Source: a virus
Taxonomy: Duplodnaviria; Caudoviricetes
DNA: 64,000 nucleotides
IMG/VR virus record: IMGVR_UViG_3300015050_000913
Location: 5,385-69,384 of that record
Strand: one strand, 5' to 3'
Shown: positions 1-7,258 of the stretch, piece after piece
Layout of the letters: every line of letters starts with the position of its first letter
How positions within the stretch are numbered: the first letter of the stretch is position 1
The notes under the pieces: generated by a model
What the model was told of the DNA's origin: nothing
The model's input: the letters and a program-made list of their open reading frames with translations, nothing else
Database searches by the model: none
Translations under genes and position numbers: made by a program

Positions 1-45
1 GAACTAAACGAAATTAATTAACCACCATTTAAACCAAAAAACAAA

Positions 46-474
46 ATGAAAGACAAGTTAAGAACCCCATTACTTGATTCACTTCAAAAACAACCAATTA
101 TGACAAAGAAAAAAATGTTCCGAATAGAACTAACACGCAGCAATACACTTGCACAGGATATTTGCATTATGGCATCCCTTTCAAATGGAAGTGGTAAGTA
201 CATATCCTTAACCGATATGGAAAGCATTGTAAAGGTGGAAATAATAAGATACCCTTCCCTTAACGAAGGCATATCTGTAACAGTAACAGACAATGTACTG
301 ACCATAGACAGAAAGGATGAAAACATACTGACCATTACAGAAGTGGAAATAATGCAAATGGACAAACCACAGTTATCCAACGAAGAAGCAAAAGCTATCA
401 TAGGAGTACCAACCATTGACCAATATGCAGGTACGGGCATTGCAGATGAAAGCAACAAGGAATTATTGAATTAG
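46..474 (+). CDS. Hypothetical protein; last ORF before the first attC-like site
   Basis: 142-aa ORF with A-rich leader. The stop TAG (472-474) abuts the GCGTATAAC inverse core. Confidence 0.7.
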   Translation: MKDKLRTPLLDSLQKQPIMTKKKMFRIELTRSNTLAQDICIMASLSNGSGKYISLTDMESIVKVEIIRYPSLNEGISVTVTDNVLTIDRKDENILTITEVEIMQMDKPQLSNEEAKAIIGVPTIDQYAGTGIADESNKELLN

Positions 475-601
475 CGTATAACGCCTGCGGCTTGGCGATG
501 TTGCCGAAACTGATGCTCAAAAAAGAACAAAAGTTGAAGTTACAATGTCAAGCCAAATTGAAAAACTAAACGGCAATATTGCCAAACCGCTTGTTAGCGG
601 C
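474..601 (+). mobile_element. attC-like recombination site 1
   Basis: GCGTATAAC (474-482) ... GTTAGCGGC (593-601). Inner arms 487-506 and 571-590 are complementary at 17/20. Confidence 0.8.
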
Positions 602-619
602 GGATACGGTAAATTATAA
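545..619 (+). CDS. Putative 24-aa leader peptide encoded inside attC-like site 1 (MSSQIEKLNGNIAKPLVSGGYGKL)
   Basis: ATG at 545 in the hairpin loop. It reads through the right arm and stops 3 nt before the ATG at 623. Confidence 0.35.
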   Translation: MSSQIEKLNGNIAKPLVSGGYGKL

Positions 620-622
620 AAT

Positions 623-1117
623 ATGTCACTGATAGCAACAAATTGGGAAAACGATATGCTGGCAGAACCGGAAGATAAAGTAATTGAGTTTATGCAAAAG
701 TATAATTCAGATTACGAGCTAAAATTATTATCTGGCTTACGTCATAGAGATATGGAAGATATAAGGGATAGCCTTAGAAATTCAAGAGTAATAATTATGC
801 AGCCCTCTTTATTGGAGAAAGAACAGGTTGTTAATATGGTTAAAAATATCAGCCACCCTATTCATGTAAATCTAAATGGAGCAACCCGTAATTATGACAT
901 AAGAGATTTTATTTTTCTTTCATCACATCCTTTTGAAGATTTGTGTCAAATTAAAGAATGGTGTCGTGGCGTTAAAGATGGATTTGATACAGGCGATGCT
1001 TTAACTAAAATACTGACAAATTGTGAAATACATTTTTACGGTTTTGCAGGGGAACATTATGAAATGAAAAGAATTGGATATTTCAGTGGCGATATTTACG
1101 CTGCCCGATATAAGTAG
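623..1117 (+). CDS. Hypothetical protein, cassette 1 cargo
   Basis: 164-aa ORF bracketed by GTTAGCGGC (593-601) and GCCGCTAAC (1130-1138). Confidence 0.8.
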   Translation: MSLIATNWENDMLAEPEDKVIEFMQKYNSDYELKLLSGLRHRDMEDIRDSLRNSRVIIMQPSLLEKEQVVNMVKNISHPIHVNLNGATRNYDIRDFIFLSSHPFEDLCQIKEWCRGVKDGFDTGDALTKILTNCEIHFYGFAGEHYEMKRIGYFSGDIYAARYK

Positions 1118-1129
1118 GGTGTAGTATTT

Positions 1130-1329
1130 GCCGCTAACGAACAGGGCTTGGCGATGGTTTGGAATAGATATTCGTCAGCCGATAACAAACGATTAATTAA
1201 TAACTAAAAGTTGAAAATATGAGTAAAAGTAAATTAGGGAGATGGGTTCCGTTACAGGAGCTTGGTATTGTACCAGAAGTTGAAGATACTTCCGTCAACC
1301 AAACTGTTGCCAAACCTAATGTTATAAGC
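1130..1329 (+). mobile_element. attC-like recombination site 2
   Basis: GCCGCTAAC (1130-1138) ... GTTATAAGC (1321-1329). Arms 1144-1162 and 1299-1317 pair at 14/19 plus 4 G:T. Confidence 0.8.
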
Positions 1330-1557
1330 AGTGTTGCAAGCACTATCGCTGATGGTAGCATTGTTTGGATAAAGGACAATATGCAAGTTCATTGCGGTCA
1401 AGTTCGTAAAGTTTATGCTGATGATAAGCAAGCCCTTGTTATGAACTTCGATAAATGGTCTGATTGGTTGGTAGACTTCGATAAGATTATAAGAGTTGGG
1501 GTGTCGTATTACACAGACGATTATAGGCACTACAGTTCACAGCAACATTGCTTATAA
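1219..1557 (+). CDS. Hypothetical protein, cassette 2 cargo; its N-terminus is encoded inside attC-like site 2
   Basis: 112-aa ORF. The stop TAA (1555-1557) lies inside the inverse core GCTTATAAC. Confidence 0.75.
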   Translation: MSKSKLGRWVPLQELGIVPEVEDTSVNQTVAKPNVISSVASTIADGSIVWIKDNMQVHCGQVRKVYADDKQALVMNFDKWSDWLVDFDKIIRVGVSYYTDDYRHYSSQQHCL

Positions 1558-1684
1558 CGGTTGGCATATTGCGAAGTGGTGGCGGCTTTGCAATATCGCT
1601 CAAACAACTGGTGATGCTGGGCTTTGCTAATAGTCGAAGTTTTGAACGTCAAGCTACCATTTTGCAAATGCCGTTGTTGGTGGC
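1550..1684 (+). mobile_element. attC-like recombination site 3
   Basis: GCTTATAAC (1550-1558) ... GTTGGTGGC (1676-1684). Arms 1563-1583 and 1653-1672 pair with one extrahelical A (1568). Confidence 0.8.
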
Positions 1685-1725
1685 TGTATGGTAAGATTAA
1701 TTATTAACTGTCAAAATAAAAAACG

Positions 1726-2169
1726 ATGAAAATTTTAAAGGATTATGTACACTTTTTTTTAGGCTGCCAATTTCAACTTTTTTGGAGAAATGATGATGGC
1801 ACTACTGAATATGAAAGGGATGGCGAATTGGTAACTATAAGGCCGCAAGATAAAGATACACACGGCTTAGTTTTTAGATGTAAAACAAAGGGCGGTAATT
1901 TTATAGAAATGGCTTATCCTTTTGAAGATGTAAAACCAATATTTAAGCCGCTTTCTGATTATAAAGAAATTAGCAGCGAAGGCTTGAATGATATTAATTG
2001 CGACCTGTCAAATCAAATGGAGATTGTTGACCTGGCGAATAAGCAACTACATTATTCATCAGCAACATTTGAAGCCGTAAGGCTTTGTTTAGAAAACAGA
2101 GTTGATGTTTTTAATCTGATTGATGAAGGGCTTGCTGTCAACGCCACCGAATTGAAGGCTGCAATATAG
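1726..2169 (+). CDS. Hypothetical phage protein, cassette 3 cargo
   Basis: 147-aa ORF bracketed by GTTGGTGGC (1676-1684) and GCCACCAAC (2169-2177). Confidence 0.8.
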   Translation: MKILKDYVHFFLGCQFQLFWRNDDGTTEYERDGELVTIRPQDKDTHGLVFRCKTKGGNFIEMAYPFEDVKPIFKPLSDYKEISSEGLNDINCDLSNQMEIVDLANKQLHYSSATFEAVRLCLENRVDVFNLIDEGLAVNATELKAAI

Positions 2170-2200
2170 CCACCAACTCTATGATTTACGCAATTTATAA
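2169..2200 (-). mobile_element. attI-like terminal half-site
   Basis: The core GCCACCAAC is not followed by an attC hairpin. The minus strand reads TTATAAATTGCGTAAATCATAGAG|TTGGTGGC. The role is inferred. Confidence 0.45.
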
Positions 2201-2217
2201 TAACTAATTGAATTACA

Positions 2218-2505
2218 ATGGAATTACACGAATTAACCATAGACCATACACGACAATACATGGTCGATGTACACGGTAAAAAATATCCGATAAAGCAACA
2301 GCGTGGCAGATATTACATCCAACATTCAAAAGGTCAGTTAACAGTAACAAGTAAGGTTAATGAATATACTGATTGGTGTTTTGATTATGTATTTGGTGGT
2401 TTATTTCAGCGTTATCCATGCCCTGTCATTGATTATTTTATTTATAGGCATAGACTTGGTAACAGAGTAAGTGCAATAGAATATAAAAAACAGTTTCTTA
2501 AATAA
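2218..2505 (+). CDS. Hypothetical protein
   Basis: 95-aa ORF followed by a terminator. Confidence 0.65.
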   Translation: MELHELTIDHTRQYMVDVHGKKYPIKQQRGRYYIQHSKGQLTVTSKVNEYTDWCFDYVFGGLFQRYPCPVIDYFIYRHRLGNRVSAIEYKKQFLK

Positions 2506-2538
2506 ATAAGGTGGTTTATAGTTTTGGTTTTAAAGGTT

Positions 2539-2567
2539 AACAGGGTGGTTTGGCTGCCCTGTTTTTT
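2539..2567 (+). terminator. Intrinsic terminator between convergent gene blocks
   Basis: AACAGGGTGG-TTTG-GCTGCCCTGTT hairpin followed by a T-tract. Confidence 0.65.
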
Positions 2568-2572
2568 ATTTA

Positions 2573-2881
2573 TCACACTTTTGTTTTTTCGTACTCATAT
2601 AATCTTTGGGCAAATTCTTCCACAAAATCTTCATTGTACTTTAACTTATGACGTTTCATGCTATCCAAAATCATATGGGTAAGTTCATGGTAAAAGGTCT
2701 TTTCCTTTTCAGGTTTTTTTAATTTTACGCCGTCATACCTGTTACACAATGTGATTATCTTTTCTGTAAAATCAGCCTCCCCGTAAAATTTATTATCCTG
2801 ACAGTAATCATCATCAATAATAACCTTAATCAGTTTTCCTGACAGTTTAAAGGACTCTGGTATGATGATGCTGCCGTTCAC
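2573..2881 (-). CDS. Small HExxH zinc-metallopeptidase-like protein
   Basis: FYHELTHMILD motif. Confidence 0.6.
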   Translation of the reverse strand: MNGSIIIPESFKLSGKLIKVIIDDDYCQDNKFYGEADFTEKIITLCNRYDGVKLKKPEKEKTFYHELTHMILDSMKRHKLKYNEDFVEEFAQRLYEYEKTKV

Positions 2882-3105
2882 TTCTTTGGGTATTTATTCC
2901 GTGTTACATCAACCGCCTTTGTGATTCTAATACTGTTTTCCTTCCTTATTTTTTTACTTAGTTTCTCCAGTTCCCGTAACTGCTGTGACGGGGTAAGCCC
3001 CGACAGTACTTCAAGTATTTTATCCTGAATACTCATATTGAGTAATTTGTAAGTGTTTATTGAGTAATTTGTTTTTTTCTGATTGGCTGATGTGAGGTCT
3101 TTCAT
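2878..3105 (-). CDS. Hypothetical protein
   Basis: 75-aa ORF overlapping both neighbours by 1-4 nt. Confidence 0.55.
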   Translation of the reverse strand: MKDLTSANQKKTNYSINTYKLLNMSIQDKILEVLSGLTPSQQLRELEKLSKKIRKENSIRITKAVDVTRNKYPKK

Positions 3106-4166
3106 TACTTAGGTGTTGATAGTAGCAAATGACGTTTCTGTTTTATGTTTATACTACTTAATCGTTTCCTACCAGTAGCACCACAATTATCACAACGTAA
3201 AAGTACAAATTTATTGGCTGTCGTTACATATTCCTTACCCTCGTCTTTTAATTCATTACTTCCACAAGTAGGGCATCTTTCCTGACCTTCATCAAGTAAA
3301 AATAGCCCACAGTTAGGATGTGGCTTTATCCAGCTTCTTATTCGCAAATATGTTTCTTCCAATATCTTAACGTCTGTTATGTTGTATGCTAACATTTTTT
3401 TCAGGCTTTCTTCATTACCATTGTAGCAACCCTCCCAAAGTTTAAAACCCCCTGTATCTTGTTTTCGTTCTAAATTCAATAGTTTGTTAACGTAATCAAG
3501 TTTATTGCTTGTAAAGCCAAACTGCCTCCTGATATGCTTTAGCGTGTCAATGCTTTGGTAAGGTAATGGAGGGTTAAGTCTGTGTTGTATAAAACGGCTG
3601 TTAAGTTTTGGTATATCAAATTTTTCCCCGTTGTGAGCAATTACAATATCTGCTTCATTCATCAACGCCCAAATACTTTTAATTATCCGACTATCATCCT
3701 GCTTTAATGCTTCTTTCCCTGTTAGCCTTGCTGAATAAACTTTGTCCTCAAATAACCATTTAGCAGCCCAAGTAAAACAAAACCAATCAGCCTGTATCAT
3801 GTCTATACCCACGTTCTGTTGCCATATACCCCACACATAGGCTTTTATTGGGGCAGTTTCAATATCAAGTACCAATATTTTTGCTTCCGTATTAATTACC
3901 TCTTTGAATGGTCGGTAATTAGATGTATCGTATGTGGTTGCCACATACATTGATTTGTCCTTATTATTTTTTCGTGATATTTCACCATTAGTTCCAAGTA
4001 TATTATTTATATACGCCCGTCTAATGTGTTCAGGAGATTTTAGGGCAGGGAATTTTTTGTGGTTTTCAATAAATATTTTTTTTGCAAGCGTTAATTTTTT
4101 TAATGCAGGATAGTACTGTTTACAGTATTCCTCGCACAATTCCCTTTCGGGAGATTTTTTACGCAT
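3105..4166 (-). CDS. RNase H-like (DnaQ/PolB-type) 3'-5' exonuclease with C-terminal Zn ribbon
   Basis: VLDIET, AHNGEKFDIP, SIDTL and YNITDV motifs; CPTCG...CDNCG. Confidence 0.75.
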   Translation of the reverse strand: MRKKSPERELCEEYCKQYYPALKKLTLAKKIFIENHKKFPALKSPEHIRRAYINNILGTNGEISRKNNKDKSMYVATTYDTSNYRPFKEVINTEAKILVLDIETAPIKAYVWGIWQQNVGIDMIQADWFCFTWAAKWLFEDKVYSARLTGKEALKQDDSRIIKSIWALMNEADIVIAHNGEKFDIPKLNSRFIQHRLNPPLPYQSIDTLKHIRRQFGFTSNKLDYVNKLLNLERKQDTGGFKLWEGCYNGNEESLKKMLAYNITDVKILEETYLRIRSWIKPHPNCGLFLLDEGQERCPTCGSNELKDEGKEYVTTANKFVLLRCDNCGATGRKRLSSINIKQKRHLLLSTPK

Positions 4167-4174
4167 ATATTTTA

Positions 4175-4639
4175 TTAAGTTGGTGACTTATCGGAAATCG
4201 TAACCCAGCAATCTCCTAATTTCTGCCGTTCTAAAACTAAGGTATTTAAGTCATTCATGGCAGATTTATCGTTTACCAATCTGTTACTATTCTCCCCTGC
4301 AACATCATGGTAGCTGATAATTGGGCATCCTGCGGAAGATAATTCAGTAGTTCCATTGTGTACCCTTATACCCTCAAAGTCAGGTACGCCAAATATGCCC
4401 GTTAATAGCCTTTTAAACCTTCCTGACCATGTGGATAGTACTTTATACCTTCCGTATGGTATGGCTGTTTTACCGTACACCTTTACAGATGACTTCCATT
4501 CCCCCGGCTTTGCCCTTACCTTGTCCTCTATAACGTGGCTAAACCACTTCCATTTACCGTCAGGCTGTTGTATGTACCAATTACCTTCGGTTGAATTTTC
4601 ATTCAATATTTTACGCCATAGCCAAAATTCTGTGTTCAT
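4175..4639 (-). CDS. DUF5675-like protein, candidate endolysin
   Basis: TAIPYGRYKV, GIRVHNG and SAGCPII motifs (His...Cys pair); located in the lysis cassette. Confidence 0.65.
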   Translation of the reverse strand: MNTEFWLWRKILNENSTEGNWYIQQPDGKWKWFSHVIEDKVRAKPGEWKSSVKVYGKTAIPYGRYKVLSTWSGRFKRLLTGIFGVPDFEGIRVHNGTTELSSAGCPIISYHDVAGENSNRLVNDKSAMNDLNTLVLERQKLGDCWVTISDKSPT

Positions 4640-4648
4640 ATTACGATT

Positions 4649-5089
4649 TTATTTAAGAAATATATAAGCTGCAATACCTAATCCTGCTGTACCGATTATT
4701 GCTATTGTGGTTTTTCTTTTTTGTCTTTTTAGTAACTTGTTTTGGTGCTTCATTTCTTTGGTGGCTAAATCTCTTTGCTCTATTAAATTTGCCACTTCTG
4801 ATTTGTATGTTTCCACTATCCTTGCTTGTGCTGTGTCCTTTTGTCCATGTATGGAAATGATGCTATCCTTTATGGATATACGTTGGTTCAGGAAAGTTAT
4901 CTTTTCATTCAGTAACTCTACTCTTTGCTCACATATTTTTCCTTTCTCAATTAACTTAGCTGCATCTCTTAACTTAGCGTTTGGTACTAAGGTTGCATCA
5001 ATAGTCGTTGGTTGGCTGTGGCTCAAGTGAGTTAAAGTAGTTAAGCAAACCAACATCATCAAGCGTATTAATTTCTTTTGCTTTTTCAT
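4649..5089 (-). CDS. Spanin-like exported coiled-coil protein with C-terminal TM
   Basis: Signal peptide ending HS|Q, coiled coil, C-terminal hydrophobic helix; next to the endolysin candidate. Confidence 0.55.
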   Translation of the reverse strand: MKKQKKLIRLMMLVCLTTLTHLSHSQPTTIDATLVPNAKLRDAAKLIEKGKICEQRVELLNEKITFLNQRISIKDSIISIHGQKDTAQARIVETYKSEVANLIEQRDLATKEMKHQNKLLKRQKRKTTIAIIGTAGLGIAAYIFLK

Positions 5090-5399
5090 TGTATTTTTTT
5101 GGTAGGCTGTTTATCCTGTTATCAATGAGTAAATTATTTATGGCAATTAAACTATCCTTTATGTGCAAAGTGTATATCTGTACATCTAATTCCTTTTCTC
5201 TTACCTCCCACAATTGCCTTAACTTAATTATTTCCTGTCTTGCATCCTCTTTTAATTTCATTTCCAACTTTACCAAGTCAAGTGTATGGTCTTTCTTTAA
5301 CCCTTGTATGAACAAATAAATAACCAAAAAGGAAAGTAAGAATATACCAACTATTGAAAGCTGATACTTATATTTTTTAATTAAATTAAATACCTTCAT
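4998..5399 (-). CDS. Inner-membrane spanin-like protein
   Basis: N-terminal TM plus coiled coil; overlaps the downstream spanin-like gene. Confidence 0.55.
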   Translation of the reverse strand: MKVFNLIKKYKYQLSIVGIFLLSFLVIYLFIQGLKKDHTLDLVKLEMKLKEDARQEIIKLRQLWEVREKELDVQIYTLHIKDSLIAINNLLIDNRINSLPKKYNEKAKEINTLDDVGLLNYFNSLEPQPTNDY

Positions 5400-5412
5400 A
5401 ATTAATTATTAA

Positions 5413-5505
5413 TTACCCAACAATCAATGCCACTACAATAATAAGCAGCAATGCTAACCATACATACTTTACTTGCTTTGGGAGATTTGGTTGCTGTGTT
5501 ATCAT
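5413..5505 (-). CDS. 30-aa single-TM micropeptide (MITQQPNLPKQVKYVWLALLLIIVVALIVG)
   Basis: Translated by hand. ATGA overlap with the upstream micro-ORF. Confidence 0.55.
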   Translation of the reverse strand: MITQQPNLPKQVKYVWLALLLIIVVALIVG

Positions 5506-5588
5506 GGCTTAAAAATTAAATAAAGAATAACCACTACCAATGCTATGATAAGGTTGTTCTTTGTGAATATTTTATTGAAGTCTATCAT
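5502..5588 (-). CDS. 28-aa single-TM micropeptide (MIDFNKIFTKNNLIIALVVVILYLIFKP)
   Basis: Translated by hand. ATGA overlaps at both ends. Confidence 0.55.
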   Translation of the reverse strand: MIDFNKIFTKNNLIIALVVVILYLIFKP

Positions 5589-5845
5589 GGCTTTGGTGCT
5601 TCATCTTTGGTTGTATTGCCACCCCTTACAATGCTTACTATCTGTGCCACCGTTGCTACACCTGACATTATAAGTACAAATATCATAGTACTGTTGATTA
5701 ATGCCTGTCTTGCTGTATCGGTACTTGCTCTTGTTATGGCAAATATAATACCCCATGCAAGTACTCCTGCAATAGAAATAGCAATCCATCTCTTAGATGA
5801 ACCTTGTCCGTTTTCGCTGAAAAACCCTTTAATTAATTCCCACAT
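5585..5845 (-). CDS. Putative holin (2 TM)
   Basis: 86 aa, two hydrophobic helices, charged C-terminal tail, lysis context. Confidence 0.6.
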   Translation of the reverse strand: MWELIKGFFSENGQGSSKRWIAISIAGVLAWGIIFAITRASTDTARQALINSTMIFVLIMSGVATVAQIVSIVRGGNTTKDEAPKP

Positions 5846-5857
5846 AATTAATAATTT

Positions 5858-6451
5858 TTATTGTTTTAAAAATACCTTACCTGTTATATTTACGATGTTA
5901 CCTTCATCATCCCTTCTTATGTGTGCTATGTATGTGGCAGGGATTTCTTTGCCATGTCCTCCATACATAATTATATAATCCCTTGTTATTTCGTTGTCTG
6001 TTTCTATGGCTTGTTCAAATACTTCTCTTTCGTGGTCAGCGTTCTTTATGAAGTTAAGCCATCCGTAACCGTACATTTGATTGGGTGTACTTCCAAACAG
6101 TTTACACAATGCACCATTTGCCCTTATGCACTTGCCTTCTGAATCATTCTCAAACATTGCCGCATCATTCAAATCTATCATTGCCGTTTGCCTGTTACCA
6201 ATAATATCTACTTTTTTAATTAACCCTGACTGTCCATCCCGAATTTGCTTTACTAAATCTTTGGTACTACTGCCTCCATTAAACTCTAATTGTTCGGCAG
6301 CATTTTCCATTTTCTTAACCCATCCTTTGATTGGCACAAAGGCATGAAAGTAAAACTTCTTCCCAATAATAAACAGCCCCCAAATGCCAACCAATAACCC
6401 ACCAATATCCTTCCAATTATCAATGACTGCTTTTAATATTTTGTTTTCCAT
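5858..6451 (-). CDS. Membrane-anchored PAS-domain protein
   Basis: N-terminal TM and NGGSSTKD linker. PAS signatures FENDSEGKCIRANGALCKLFG, GYGWLNFI and RDDEGNIVNITG. Confidence 0.7.
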   Translation of the reverse strand: MENKILKAVIDNWKDIGGLLVGIWGLFIIGKKFYFHAFVPIKGWVKKMENAAEQLEFNGGSSTKDLVKQIRDGQSGLIKKVDIIGNRQTAMIDLNDAAMFENDSEGKCIRANGALCKLFGSTPNQMYGYGWLNFIKNADHEREVFEQAIETDNEITRDYIIMYGGHGKEIPATYIAHIRRDDEGNIVNITGKVFLKQ

Positions 6452-6668
6452 TTTTACGCCTTATAGATAATATTGCTAATATAATAAATAAAAAGGAATA
6501 TTGTGCAATCGTTTTAAAATATACTATCATACCCACTATACTTGCAGCAATGATAAATACTTTCATGTTGGCTAACATTGATTTGGTTTGTGCTGCCCTA
6601 TCAATGTTTAACATCAAAGCAGTGCATAATAGAACGAATGTAATTACCTCAATTATTAGCTGTACCAT
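6420..6668 (-). CDS. Small multi-TM membrane protein (about 3 TM)
   Basis: Three hydrophobic segments and a basic C-terminus. Confidence 0.6.
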   Translation of the reverse strand: MVQLIIEVITFVLLCTALMLNIDRAAQTKSMLANMKVFIIAASIVGMIVYFKTIAQYSFLFIILAILSIRRKNGKQNIKSSH

Positions 6669-7014
6669 TTTTTATTTTTTTTGTTTCTATATATCTACTT
6701 ATCAGTAATGAATTTGCACCGATAAAAGTAAAGGTCAAAATGTTTACGTTAGTCCAATTTGAGGGGTCTCCTGCAAATTCCATATATAAAAACCCACCAC
6801 CAAAAGAAAATATTGCAGTACTGATGTAATGCAAAAACCTGCTGCTATTACAAAGAACAAGGCACAATCCCAAGTTCATCATCATAAAATAAACCGATAC
6901 ATAGTACAAGTTTATTATCTTAATTTGCTGCCAAAAGAAGTACCCAAATAGATGAAATACAAGGCTTATAAAAATAAGTGCTGATTGTATATTTTCTACT
7001 TTCTGCTTTGTCAT
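6649..7014 (-). CDS. Membrane protein (about 4 TM)
   Basis: Four hydrophobic segments. Confidence 0.65.
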   Translation of the reverse strand: MTKQKVENIQSALIFISLVFHLFGYFFWQQIKIINLYYVSVYFMMMNLGLCLVLCNSSRFLHYISTAIFSFGGGFLYMEFAGDPSNWTNVNILTFTFIGANSLLISRYIETKKIKNGTANN

Positions 7015-7202
7015 TGTCTGTCTTTTGGTCTGCCAACTCTACATTCACCTTCACCCGTTGCTGTTAAATAAGTGGCAATAGCTGCTGCATCAGGAAAAGA
7101 TAAGTTGCTTATAGCATCCTCAATACCTGACCATTCAACAGGACTTTCAGTTTTAAGCCATACATCTGTTCCATCTTTAAATACTCCGTAATTGTTTTGC
7201 AT
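7011..7202 (-). CDS. Small hypothetical protein
   Basis: 63-aa ORF with ATGA overlap to the downstream membrane gene. Confidence 0.6.
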   Translation of the reverse strand: MQNNYGVFKDGTDVWLKTESPVEWSGIEDAISNLSFPDAAAIATYLTATGEGECRVGRPKDRQ

Positions 7203-7258
7203 ATTTTTAGTTTTTTTTAGTTAATAATTTCCCTGTCTGTTACTGGTTCCATTGGTTG

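Noticed and set aside
474-1684. Reading the three hairpins as simple terminators, REP elements or CRISPR repeats
   Set aside because: They have no U-tracts, their loops are long and unrelated, and core complementarity is offset between successive sites. None of those element types explains this pattern.
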